The notes under the pieces were generated by a model that saw nothing but the letters and a program-made list of their open reading frames with translations, searched no databases and had not been told where the DNA came from. The position numbers and the translations under genes are program-made. DNA of 64,000 nucleotides. Origin: Eledone cirrhosa (Eukaryota). Every line of letters begins with the position of its first letter. The stretch's first letter is position 1. Shown one piece after another: positions 39,661 to 52,356 of this stretch. The DNA lies in the NCBI GenBank assembly GCA_964016885.1, contig OZ024742.1:159092001-159156000 (forward strand), given 5' to 3'.

Positions 39661-42660
39661 CTGTAAATAATAACTTTAAAAATCTGGAAAATTACTCCTA
39701 TATATGGAAAAAGGCAATGTCGGATGCTATGAGGAATCAAACTTTGTATAATATTTTGGAGTAATTAGAAATAGCATTAACAAGTGAGTAAATATCACTG
39801 ATGATAGATAAATATTCATTAATTAATTAAAATGGAATGTATTTCATTGGAAATACAATCACAAAATGGTTAACTCCTTTCTTTCTATTTCTATCTTAGA
39901 TGTTCAACCCCACCATCCAATGACTCCCTGCTCACCTCAACTGATCCTTTGCTTAGTTCTACTGCTTTCATCAGGTTTGCATGTACTGAGCCTATATTCA
40001 CCAGATCACTCATCTTCACCTACAGTATGCAGGCTTCCCAAGGAATGCCACAAACATAGAAATTTTCAAAATCCTTTTAAACTTCATTTCTTTGTTTAAC
40101 TTCCCGTTCAGTTCTTTATCTTATTTGTGTTCCTCTCTTATCCTGACACCCTAATATTTCTACACATTGCCTCTTTGAGTAAGTACATACTGCTTAAAAT
40201 TCATCCTGTCTATCCTCCATTTAACATAACAGTAACACATCTTGATCTCCTCATTTCAGCTTTGTCATCCCTCTTCTCCTTCAACATCATCGTTTAACAA
40301 CCATTTTCCATGCTAGCATAGATTAGACGGGTTGTCCCATTTGAGACAAGTTGGGTCAGATGACTGTGTCTTACTCATATAGAACTGTTTCTGGTTTGGT
40401 TTCTATAGCTGGATGCCCTTCCTAATGCCAACCACATTCTATTGATACTCACAATATCACTATCATAACAATACAAGCCAATCTCATTATAGGTTTCAGT
40501 AAATATTCTTTTTATCCTGATATTCTATTTATTTCTAATTCATAAGTTCATACCTGCCAAAATTTTCTCTGGCACCCTTTGAAGAACCACAGTAATTTAA
40601 AGGCAAGAGTATAATGATGATTAAACACTTAATTAATCATTTATGATGCAAACTCTTTATATATAAATAAAGAGAATTCTTTTACTCTTTTAAGTTATAT
40701 AATCTTAACTTTCAACCTCTTGTCCCGCATGAAACTACATTAGGAAGACATTCCTAAAATGTATAAAACAGCAATTTGACTGCATCATATTAAAAATTTA
40801 AGTTTTTATGCCAATACTGTAAATGTTCACCAATAAAGATACAATAAACATTTGAATTAACAAACTAGTTTTTAGATTTTCTGCTAAATTATTACAACAT
40901 ATTAATAGTTAATACTGAAAATGTTCAGAAAGGTGTATCCACCAATAGAAATAGTATAAACATTAGTATTAACGAACTTGTCTTTAGATGTTTTCTCCTA
41001 AATCATTAAAGGATGTTTAAAATTAACCACTTTTTTGTATGTATTGTGTTAGTTCTGATTTAGCATCCTGATTGATTTCCTTTACTGTACTGACTGACCT
41101 CCCTGTCTGCTCACTATCTCTTATACAGTGTCCCCCAACTCTTTACAGGGTCTTCATCACCCAGAGATCACTTCAACTTATCACATTTCTCTTTAAATTC
41201 ATTCCGAACCTTTTTGATACCAACACAACCAAAACCACCTCTGGTTCTATGAAACAAGCCCACCCATATTAAAGAATACAAATTTAAATCTTTTAATTTA
41301 ATTTTATATTAGAACCATATGTCTAGTTACTATTTTAGTAATGAAATAATAATTTTAGTAAATCTCGAGAAATTCTTTATTAATTAATTTAAATAGATTG
41401 TATTTCATTAGAAATTCGGACACGAAAGGGTTACGGTACTCCCTGATTTTAGCTACATCTGATTTCATCTCGATTTTGTCAAGAATTAAACTTTCAAGAA
41501 ACCCTAAACTCAATTTTCCTCAACAACCAGCCAAATTACAATTCATATTAAAGATCAACTGCACAAGCGAATGAGTTACGCTCGACATGCTAAAAACACT
41601 AGCCAGATATTCTTCAAACCACAACCAAAAAAGGACTGAATAAAAAAGGCAATGAATTAGTACGATCTTATTCTCCTTCCTTCATTTTCGTATGAACCAC
41701 CTCCTCTCATATGCCAACTTACTGTAATGATGGGAACTGACGAGTGTTCCAAAGGAAGGCGTCAAGAAAGTTTATTTGCTGATCCTAATGAACGAGCTTG
41801 TCTCTCTACATTGTTGAAATATGTACCACATCATATATAAACAAAGTTGGTTTACTCCACTCTTGATCTAAAGTAGAGTGATTACATTTCAGTAGTTGTT
41901 ATAGCAGTAGGAATGCGGCTGTTGACATAAGTTGATTAATAGAAACTTACGAACTTCAATGCTATTGTTAGAAATAATACTAAACACTTGAAACAACCCG
42001 CTTTCTTCAGAACGGCACTCCTCTCTTACAGCCTTCTCTGCGGGAGGAGGGGGGGGGGGGGTTATTGCAATCACACTCTCCGCCCATACTTCTTAATCGT
42101 GCACTTGCAGGTTTAGAAAATAGAGTTTATATTAAAAAAATAAAAAAACCTCCTGAATACGTTTCTTGCGTATAAGTGCCCACCCAGAATGTACTAAAGC
42201 CTAAAACTCCCACCCCGAGCACGAAAGCTAAACGACGGGCCTACCTAAGACCGGAAGAATATGATGGCCATAAATCTCCCCCTTGGTTAGAACGCCAGTC
42301 TTTCGCAGTGACCATTTTACCGATATAGTACCTAATGCCGATAGCTTGGTTAAACTGAGGTAAAAATATAATTTAATTGTTCAGCAATGAAAACAAAGAT
42401 GCAGAGTTTGAATACACGAGTCGTGGGCGAGTAGACAAATAATAGATATTAAACCTCACCCAGTTGTCTCTACCTAGTTTTAAAAGCCTTAACACAACTG
42501 ACAAATATGGTCTGATGTTCATACCTTGTTATCGTACAAGTAAAACAAGAATGTAAACAAACATGTATTTGATTGAGTAAAAAAGGCAAGTGTAGAGTTT
42601 GTGTGTTTAAAGAGTTTAAAAGTATAAGTAATTGTAAATAAAAAATATAAAACTACTCAC

Positions 42661-42726
42661 CAATTCAGCAGGACGAGATCCTGCGACATCCGTAGCTCCA
42701 AGGTTGCGAACAAATTTCGGTGGCAT
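42661..42726 (-). CDS. VAMP4: VAMP4 coding exon 1 (MPPKFVRNLGATDVAGSRPAEL)
   Basis: Diagnostic MPPKF N-terminus; GTGAGT donor; 66 nt, phase 0. Confidence 0.92.
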
Positions 42727-42939
42727 GTTTACTTCAAACTAGGTATTTTTTCCTACTCGTTTTTCATATAATAGAAATGGAGCGGCCAGAAAAAAAACTA
42801 GTTAATAAATAGAGAAGAAGGAGCGAGTCACATTGAAAACTCCAGCGAGTGTATATATAAATATATATAAGTATGTGCGTGTGTGTGTTTAATAGGATGA
42901 AAGAGAGAAAGCGAGCAGTTGAAAGGTTATGAATGTTGA

Positions 42940-43030
42940 AATAAACGTGGTGACTTCACTAAAACACGCAATCAGGTGACGCAAAAGCAGATGGATCAAC
43001 AACCGGAAACGGTGACACGTTGATAATAGT
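42940..43030. promoter_or_regulatory. Candidate VAMP4 promoter region
   Basis: Non-repetitive, CpG-containing stretch ~250 bp upstream of the ATG, with TGACG (CRE half-site) and CCGGAA (ETS-like). Based on motif and position only. Confidence 0.3.
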
Positions 43031-43605
43031 CCCTTGTACAAAGAACGTAAAAGTGTAGGATATTGAAAATATGTAAAGTAAAATTATTTGAGTCCTAGGC
43101 TCTACAGGCTCCGGCTAACAATATTTGAAACGGACCCCTACTCCCACCCCACTTGACTTTTAAATGCTAGGCTAGTTTTTCGGCCTGTGTTGAGAAAGAA
43201 GGAATGGGACGCGAGGTTAGCAGCCTTACACCCATTAATTAAAATTGCTACAGATACCTGGCCTTGGAGCAGACATGTAGCAAGGCTTGCAATCGTGCAG
43301 AATGGAGATCTGTCGTCGCCTAATGCTCCATGAAAAGCCAAAGGAACTAAAGAAGAGTATATCAGGGTGAAAATGTAAAATCCGAGAAAACTATTGAAAG
43401 GATGCAACTTGAAACACATAATACATCTAATACTTTAAATGTATGCATGTGGATGGGAAATTAGTGTATGTGACATTCGTAGTTCTTACTTAAGACTATG
43501 GGTGACGGGAATCCAATTCATATTGGGACTTGACCGACTGCTTCCTTTTCTCGCCGGTCGTCAAACTGCCGTTTTCCTCCGCTAAATTACAAGGAAGCAT
43601 CCTTC

Positions 43606-44400
43606 ATCTTCTTCTTGAGAGGGTCGTGGGGGCAGTCTTCAAACACTCCCTCCAGCGGGTCCTGTCTGAAGCAACTGTCTCCAACTGATCCAGCTAGATC
43701 CCTAAGCATGACCAGCCAAGTTCATAGATGTTATCAAACCATCTTGTTCGGGGTCTGCCTCTGGATCTCCTACCTGTTGGTTTCGCCCGTAAAATCTGTC
43801 TAGTGATTCTTTCCTGGGACATTCAAACCACATGTCCTTAGTATCAGAGCTGTGATCTCTCAATTCGGAGAAGTAGCGGCTCTACCTGGAGTGACTCGCT
43901 GATCTCCGAGCTTCGAACTTTATCGAGTAACGTTACTCCAAAGACTTCGAAGGAACCCCATTTCAGTCGCTTGTATTCGCAATCGTATTCTTTCGGTCAC
44001 TACCCAAGATTCATGACCATAGATAAGGGTTGGCACGAAAACCGAATTGAAGAGAGCGAGTTTGGCTTTTACGCCTACCTCACTTCTGATTACTGAATGC
44101 TGAAGCTGGCGCATTACGGCATCAGCTTTTGCAATTTTTGCACCTAATTCAGCCTCCTGCCTTCCATCACACGGCCCCGAGATACTTGAATTTCTCTAAC
44201 TACTTCTGTGGAACTCCATTCACATGTAGCGTGTACTGCGCAGGCTTCCTTGAGAAGATGTGTGTCAGTTTTTGCAGCACTGATTTTCATTCCAGCCATG
44301 AAACACTCGGCATCAAACTTATCAAGTGCAAGTCGAAGATCATCTTCAGTTGAGTTGAGTAATACCCATGCATCTACAAATTCCATCTGACTAATTTTAC
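43606..44400 (-). mobile_element. RTE-like LINE 3' fragment with (GAA)n tail
   Basis: ORF 43920-44114 (KAKLALFNSVFVPTLIYGHESW..EMGFLR) and MKISAAKT. Confidence 0.8.
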
Positions 44401-46965
44401 ACCTGCCAGTCGTGATACCACTTCCATCCCGCCTAGGGAAATAGCCGTGTGATGTGGAGTTGCTAATGCAGCGAATGTCGCTAAAAGTATAGGCGAAGGA
44501 AGGTTGTTCCTGAGACAGTGTAACCAGAGATTGCCGATGTGCAAGTAAATGAGTAAAAGTGTTCATTATGATGATAATGATTCCTTGGGTAAGTGATTTG
44601 CCCTGATCATATAATTAATGAAATGTATAAATATACAATAACCCAGAGCCGTTATATCAATAATTTATTTAATATAACTGTTGTCGAAGTTATAATGACA
44701 GTACACACAGAACAGTTGAATTGTGTGATGTTATTTATCAGGTATGATGTGTATGCGTGTTTACTTGCAAAGGTATTATTAAAAATGTATTTATCAAATG
44801 TCTGTTAATGGAATGAATTTCACTGACCTGGCTGAGATAGAGAACCAAAGGGATCAGTGTGATAGACAGTTATGAACTCTGCAACTGTCTGGATTGACTG
44901 GGAGCAGGCTATTTATGAGTGTGCTTTGTCTCCGGGACGCGAGAAAAAGCAGACGGCCGTTTGATATGTCAAAATCTCAGACATATTGGTGACTCAAAAG
45001 CCCATTCACAATAGAAACTTATCTATGAGGTCACCAAAGGCCAGCTTCTTGGTGACCGCTTGATAGTGTGAAACAAACTGTTGGGGAGAGTATCAAATTA
45101 TTGCTATATTACGCCCCTAAGGGTTTCGGTTGCGCAAGTAGTAGAAATCACAAAGCGCTACTCTGTGTTCTCAAAGTCGATTATATCAACCCCAATACTT
45201 GACGGGTACTTTATTTCATCGACCTCCGTAAGGATGAAAGGCGAAGTTAGAACATAAAAGGCCGTAACTATATGCCGCAAAGCATGTTGTCCGACGCTCT
45301 ACCGATACTGCCAATCCACCAACATATATGAGATCAATGATTTGCATATTCAAAGGACTTAAAGCTTTCGCACGGATTGAGACGAACAATGTGTTTTTAG
45401 TCATTCTGCACGATTATTTGGTACTCAAGAGTATATACGGAAAAAACCCGGGTTCACTCATGTGACCACTATCCAGAATTTTCTTCATGACCTTTTCCCA
45501 CTTAGAGAGAAAAGAAACCACCCTCAAAGTTTATTTTTTGTGATTAAAAATGTAAAGTTTTCATACGTTTATCCATTCTAATGCTTTAAAATTTAATTTT
45601 AAATATTTAAAAGTATTTTTTAGAAAAAATACATTCAAAAGTAAACTTTAGTAAACCTAAATTTTTGTTAGAATAAAGCTTTTAAAAAAATTATATCCCA
45701 GTAACATTTTTCGCGTTTTTATCCAATCTCGTGGTAGCAAAAGTGTCACTAAGCTTAGTTTCCTCTCTAGTTTCTCGACCCAATGCAGTGGGGAGGCGTA
45801 TCAAGCCCAAAGCGTGGCCTGATTGGAGAAGTACATTTTCTCATTTTCTCACATTAAAATTAGTTCATATCACATTCGCAGATGAGAGGGGGAAATAATT
45901 TTCCAAAGGGGGCGGAGAGTAATGGTCCACTGCCCCCACTCTCTGCCATGGTGATTGACCTACATCAAAGGTTCTCAATGGAGGGGGGGGCATATGCAAC
46001 CCCCGGGGGCGTTTTGGAGCAAGGGGGCGTTTGAAGCTGGGGGGGGGGGGGTGCTCTTTACTTAGGTAAGTTTTATAAGCCATATTTGTACGTATCTGAG
46101 ACAGCCAGTGTGAATGCATTTGAATGAAGAAAACGAAGAAAATAAATGAAGGAAGCTTGTCAACGAATTTCCTAGGGAGATAAAAGAAAAACGAAAGAAA
46201 TCAAAGAAAGTGAAAATAAGGACAACGTCAACTATGACAACAGTTACAAGAACAACAGAAACGACAAGAAAAAGAAGCAATGGTGATGAAAGGTGTGTAC
46301 ATACAATCATACACACACATGCATACGTACATCCATCCATCCATACATACATACATACATGTTGGTTGCCAACTCGTTTTCGAGTACGGCCACTACTTTA
46401 TATCCATGTAGGAGAACCCCTACCGATGCGCTGAACGAGTGTGACTTTTTAGTCCAGCCAGTGACTTGAAAACTCTGGTACAAACACTACACTTGTGACA
46501 ATTATTGACACATAGTGCTGGGCCCATGGTACCATGTGACGACAAGTGCAGAGAGATCTCCAGATATAAAGCAATGCCTGTGCCGTGAAGCTTTTATAGT
46601 GAGCAAAGGCACTGCACAAAGCCAGTCCCACTCTCTTAACCAAGATGATATTTACCAAAAAGAAGAACAAGTCAACATCATTGGATACCATCAGGGTTGC
46701 AGGTGTTATATCAAAGTTTTCCTTCTCCTAGAATTCTGCCTTGACAAAGGCTAAGGGGTCATCTCTCCCGGTGATTTTGGATGGCCATTGACTTTTAAGA
46801 GCTCCTTTGCCCTTTGACAGGTTTTGTTTTTAGTCCTGCAGGATGTCCAAAGTCACCCTCATCACCAAGAAACCTTGGTGGGGTTGCCAGTTTAGTCGCC
46901 AACGACCCGATCATGAGACAGGTTGTACTGGGATACATGTTACCAGTAGCACCAACTGGTGACCT

Positions 46966-47045
46966 GACATACATACATACATACATACATACATACATAC
47001 ATACATACATACATACATACATACATACATACATACATACATACA
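46966..47045. repeat. (TACA)n microsatellite
   Basis: About 20 perfect units. Confidence 0.95.
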
Positions 47046-47203
47046 CACACAGGCCGGCGTTGGTGTTTGATGAGGTTGAAATGCTGTGGTATTTAATCTC
47101 CCTAGGTAATAAAATCTGGAGTCAACATTCTCTCCTAACCAAAAAAACATAAATCATGTCAACATCCTTACACACTTAAATATAAATGCATATATATAGA
47201 GAA

Positions 47204-47649
47204 AAGAATGAAATTTCTCACTCTTAGTACGGCTGATACTTAAATGTAAGTATGTATACGTACTTACATATATGCATACAAACGTACAGTAGTATATATA
47301 TATATATATACATGAACACATATATATATATGTACGTATGGATTCACCGAACATTTATTATAATGCTCGGTGTGTTTGTAAACAAACATCCCGAATTAAG
47401 CCATACAGTGTCTAGCAACCATCGTTGCTCATTTGTTCAACACTGACAATGGTATGCCTTCATCAGACAAAATACAATATATAATTTAATTTGGTATCCC
47501 TGAAATATGTATAATGAAATAAATATGGTTTTATAAATATAGTTTCCATTTATTAATATCGTATATCTACTCCAAATACTTGTCGAGTGCTTTATATCAG
47601 TTATAAAAATATTTACTTGTTGTATCCCAACAATTTTAAATAGAACTTT

Positions 47650-47718
<69 letters not shown>

Positions 47719-48410
47719 AAGTATGTATGTATACGTACATACATATATGTATACAGACGTACAGTAGTATGTATATATATATACACACATATATATATAT
47801 GCACGTATCGGTTTACCGAACATTTATTATAATGCTCGGTTTGTTTGTTTGTAAACAAACAGCCCGAATTACGCCGTACAGGTTGGGCAACCACGTCACC
47901 CTTTTGTTCCACACTGACACAGGAACGATGTACTAGTTTCAAGCTTATTAGCTATCGTCAGCATCGTACACCTTCCTGCCAGATGGTTGAACATCTGAAA
48001 GTATATACTTTCCTTATGCATATTAACGGCTGAGCAGCCTAATTTGCATATCGAGTGAGTTAGTCGGCCGGGCGTACCGAAACGATAAATGGAAAAGAAT
48101 GAAATGAAATTTAATTTCTCACTCTTAGTACGGCTGATACTTAAATGTAAGTATGTACATACATATATGTATACAGACGTACAGTATTTCCTTTGTCAGT
48201 GTTGAACAAAAGGGCAAAGATGGTTGCCGAACACTGTACGGCTTAATTCGGGCTATTTGTTTACAAACAAACCAAACATTATAATAAATGTTCGGTAAAC
48301 CCATACGTATATATATATATATGTGTGCATGTATGTATATATATATACATACTACTGTACGTCTGTATGCATATATGTATGTACGTATACATACGTACAT
48401 ATATATACAT
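47204..48410 (-). mobile_element. Family A HHR-module cluster: truncated copy (47204-47449), ~1.1 tandem units of 430 bp (47717-48186), inverted copy (48188-48410)
   Basis: gtaagtatgta recurs at 47246, 47717 and 48147. 48188-48410 is the reverse complement of ~47717-47925. Internal and flanking TA tracts. Confidence 0.8.
47925..47967 (-). ncRNA. Minimal type I hammerhead ribozyme (intact core, GUA site)
   Basis: ACGAUG-CUGACGA-UAGCUAAUAAGCUU-GAAA-CUAG-UA^CAUCGU: 6-bp Watson-Crick stem I. Confidence 0.88.
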
Positions 48411-48450
48411 ACATACGTAAATGTATGTATGTAGATTTATAGCATTTTAA

Positions 48451-48546
48451 TGGGTCCGTCGAGCTGCAGATTATAGAGTCGGGTAAGATCGATACAGGTC
48501 GAACCTTGAGCTGATCAGTGGCAAAACGCGCGTCACCTACCAATAA
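48451..48546 (+). ncRNA. Decayed hammerhead, long-stem-II class
   Basis: UGGGU-CCGUCGA-GCUGC(60 nt in total)GUGGC-AAAA-CGCGCG-UC^ACCUA..AAUAAA; palindromic ACGCGCGU. Confidence 0.55.
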
Positions 48547-48789
48547 ATGTAATGAAGGAGTAACCAATCGTCCTTGTTATCTTTTCAATATAATACACTC
48601 TGTATAGCTCTACACCTCGACACAGAAGTGAACCTAAACATCGAGTGCTCACCCGGGTGAACCTACAGTAACTCCAAGTTACACTCTCTCTCTCTCTATA
48701 TATATATATATAACGAAGGAAATGTGGTAAGGAACCAGGTGGACCATAACGCACCAAAGTACTCAATACTTAGGGTAGTAGAGTGGGTA

Positions 48790-48913
48790 ATAGGGACGAG
48801 TAGGACCCCGACGGCTGAGCTCAAGCCGTATCGACGGCTAATTCTGGACGCATTCTGTCCAGAATTAGCCGTCGAAACGGCTTGAGCTCAGCCGTCGGGG
48901 TCCTACTCGTTCC

Positions 48914-48916
<3 letters not shown>
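48790..48916. repeat. Near-perfect GC-rich hairpin (60-bp arms, 7-nt loop) containing a hammerhead 3' half
   Basis: 48790-48849 vs 48857-48916 with 2 mismatches. The right arm reads GAAA-CGGCU(UGAGCUC)AGCCG-UC. Confidence 0.9.
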
Positions 48917-48944
<28 letters not shown>

Positions 48945-49194
48945 ATATACACACAGACCCATATATATATATATTTTCTTTTTTTAGTCTGGTCTACCTC
49001 TGGTACCGTAGATAGAACTCAATGTAATCTTATAAAATCCATAGAGAAGTTCTGTGTTTCGCTGAATTAATTCTTTAGATACAGAGTTAGATATTAAATT
49101 AACAATAAAAATAAAAACAACAAAAGTTATAAAGTAACTTGACTTTGTTCTTTTTATTTTCATTGTCAATTTGATAACACACACACACACATAC

Positions 49195-49390
49195 ATGCGC
49201 AGTGTGACAAGAAGCTCGCCTCCCAACCACATGTTTCCGGGTTCAATCTCACTGCCCGAGCCGACCAAAGCCCTGTGAGTGGATTTGATAGACCGAAACT
49301 AAAAGCGCGTCGTATATATGTATTTATGTCTGTGTGTGTCTTTGCGTTCCCACCAATGCTTGTTGGTTTGTTGACGTCCCCATAACTTAC
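49195..49390 (+). mobile_element. Octopus-type tRNA-derived SINE (decayed)
   Basis: aagaagctcgcctcccaaccacatg..gggttcaatc..ccgaccaaagccctgtgagtggatttg..gaaact..gtcgtatatatg. Confidence 0.65.
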
Positions 49391-49442
49391 CAAGGTGATG
49401 CTCCAGTATAGGCGTAGTCCAGAGACAGAAAAAAGTAAAGTG

Positions 49443-49489
<47 letters not shown>

Positions 49490-49493
49490 AGAA

Positions 49494-49716
49494 GAGGGGT
49501 CTCAAACTCAAGGACATAAAAGGGCCATTACGTCCTAGAACAGAGGCACAGTGGGCCAAACGTGGTGGTGGGTGATGATTTTCACCAGTTATAATCATTT
49601 CTACTATAGGGACAAGTCATTTGGGGTTTAGTGGCCTTAGACCCGGCAATAAAAACTGGAGTCAAAATTCTTTCCGTACCAAAAACAAGGCACACACGGA
49701 CACACACAAGTTTATT

Positions 49717-49775
<59 letters not shown>

Positions 49776-50296
49776 TACAGATATTGTTTGCTCACTGTCA
49801 CTAAGCTTCACTATTCATTCGTTGCAACTAAGTTTGTGATCGAGGCACTTTATTTTGCAAGGTACTATTTTCCCCTTGAGTTTGTGATTCCAGAGAAAGG
49901 TAAGAAATTCTTCATATTTTGCATCTTTTGTATTTTGACTTTACAGTTTGAATTGTAGAATTGTCTATCCACTCAAAATATTACAACAGCTAACAGTGAA
50001 ATATAGAATTTAAAAAAAAAGAAGCTTTTTCGACTGAGATCAAATCTTTTGAGTACATTCACGTCTATTTTCAAAAATATATAATTTGAAATAGCTTGCT
50101 TTTGGACTGAAACTTTTTTGTATTTAATTGGTACGAGTATTTTTTAAAGATTTTTTTAAAGATTCTAACATAACTTGATTTGGCCCAGTAATCTACTGAT
50201 ATCAAAATCGGTAGTATATTGAAAAATGAAAAAATAGGGTAGGAGACGTTTCGTGATTTCGAGGGGCAAATGGCCGAAATGGGTTGAGAACCTTTA
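49494..50296. mobile_element. Possible hAT (Charlie-like) non-autonomous element
   Basis: Left end aggggtctcaaactc..gggcc; right end ggcc..gttgagaacct; no clear TSD. Confidence 0.4.
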
Positions 50297-50894
50297 GTCT
50301 ACATCATGGATTGCATGTTCTGTTTTCCAAGTCACCCTTTACCACTGCTGTGCAGTTGTATTTATCGTCAGACTGCTGTTGGGATTTGCACTTTGTTATT
50401 GTTGTTGTTGCTATTGTTGTTGATTTTGTCCGATTGATATATTGGTAAATATAAATGCTTGGTAAACACGCATCTGTGCTTAGGATGGTGCTGCACTCGG
50501 TCTCAGAATACAGGAGTTGGTGCCTCATCAAGCAGTGAAGTAACTCTGTAGGTTTTTCGACACCTTCCACTGCTGCACCATAATTACTCGAGGCTACTCA
50601 CCAATGTAGGCGACGAAACTCCTGCACAATGGTAAAATCTCAGATGAGTCTAATGTTGCGACTCCATCTACGCGACAGACAGATGTTTTTGTTATCCAAA
50701 GATAGATAGATACATAGGTTGGAAGCTATAGATACCTGTGCTGTTCCCACCACTGGTCATCTTGTTAACACTGCGCGAGAGAGAGAAGGAAGAAGATATC
50801 GAATTATTATTCCCCGTATAAATCTAACACAACGAGACACATCAGCTTTATTATAAAGACAGATTTGAAATGTAGTCATCCAAATGCCAATTAC

Positions 50895-51078
50895 TATAAT
50901 TGTTTCTACTATTGGCACAAGGCCAGAAAATTACCCAGTACATTACTGGTACTTTATTTTATCGACCCCGTAAGGATGAAAGGCAAAGTTAACCTCGGCG
51001 GGATTTGAACTCAGAATGGCAAGGGCCGTAACTCTATGCGTCAAAGCATGGCGTCCGAACCTCTACCGATACTGCCAA
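50895..51078 (-). mobile_element. Nin/Deu-type SINE
   Basis: Reverse complement of 17704-17894 and 28118-28300. Confidence 0.8.
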
Positions 51079-51342
51079 TAATGTTAGTCGATCACTATAA
51101 ATAATAGTTGAGATAAGATTTCCAAAGCCTAAAAGAAGAAAAGAAATACAGCGTTATTGAGAGTGGTCGTCCTTTGTTTACTCTTTTGTGTTAAGCGGTA
51201 AAAAAGACTTCACCGCAATTTCCATAAATGTCGATCATGGTCTTTTCCGTTCGTTACTAACGTTTCAATATTTGCTTGATTTCGGGTTTAATTTAATTTT
51301 TTTTATCTGTTCTCATCGAACTGAGACATCAATCAGAAAAGA

Positions 51343-51395
51343 ATGGCGATGCTTACACAAGAGAAGCTGAAAGAAATGGAGGAGGAGATGGATCG
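51343..51395 (+). CDS. RBM42: RBM42 coding exon 1 (MAMLTQEKLKEMEEEMD-R)
   Basis: Matches RBM42 ERLKEMEAEMALFEQE; GTAAGT donor, phase 2. Confidence 0.9.
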
Positions 51396-51601
51396 GTAAG
51401 TTGAGTGAAGACAATTTTCTTTTCAACTGAGCACGTTGGCATGATATTCGTACGTATAATAGCTAGTGGGAACTAAGTATCAATTTAGTTTATATATATA
51501 TATATATGTGTGTGTATGTATTATTTAGTAAAAAAAAAAGTAACGCCGACGCCTTCTATTTCAATTTAAAAACCTCGCTCGCCTCATTCTAAACATATTT
51601 C

Positions 51602-51649
<48 letters not shown>

Positions 51650-51687
51650 TTAATATAGATGAGATTCTACAGGACTAGAACTGAGCC

Positions 51688-51738
51688 AGATTCCTGATGA
51701 TTTCTAAAGGATGAAACAGTTCTAGTCCTATAGAATCA
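51688..51738 (+). ncRNA. Near-intact type I hammerhead in RBM42 intron 1
   Basis: GAUUC-CUGAUGA-UUUCUAAAGGAU-GAAA-CAG(UUCUAGUC)CUA-UA^GAAUC. The adjacent inverted copy (51646-51683) retains CUG, which restores stem III. Confidence 0.68.
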
Positions 51739-52131
51739 CATCTATATTAAAACTTTTATACTCTGCTATGTATTGAGTACCTTACTTACTGTGGTTACCT
51801 CCGCTTCAACTCGGAATAACTTACATATAAGCGGCGAGCGATGTTTGAAAACTGAAATAGAAGGCTTCGCCGTAACCTTTTAACTAAGTAAGTCCAATAA
51901 CTGGGAGTATTAACCTATTGAAAAGAAAAAAGACGGGTAACAGTACACATGGGAGACGAACCTACACCTCTTGTTTGCCGGGAAAATCCGCTACCATTGC
52001 GCCAATGAATTAACTGATTATTTTAGGAGCGATATGTAAACAAAGGAAGTATGTTTAGAAAGCAGCGAGCGATCATTATCGTTTTAACGTCCGCTTTCCC
52101 TGCTATCAAGGGTTATTATATCTATCTATGT

Positions 52132-52201
<70 letters not shown>

Positions 52202-52356
52202 ATATATATATATAATAAGGGTTGACAGACCCACCATATTTATCAATGCCAGTACCGGTTGTATCTCAGCGCACTTAATGGGCAATGTAAGATACATTAC
52301 CAGAGTATACACATAGTTATTTGCCTCAACACAACACGTAAAACGGGTGCCTATAA

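Noticed and set aside
41710-41780. CTGACGA..hairpin..GAAA on the plus strand
   Set aside because: No stem III/UH site or stem I pairing.
42727-51342. Shared bidirectional promoter for VAMP4 and RBM42
   Set aside because: The start codons are 8.6 kb apart with TE-filled sequence between; no evidence without TSS data.
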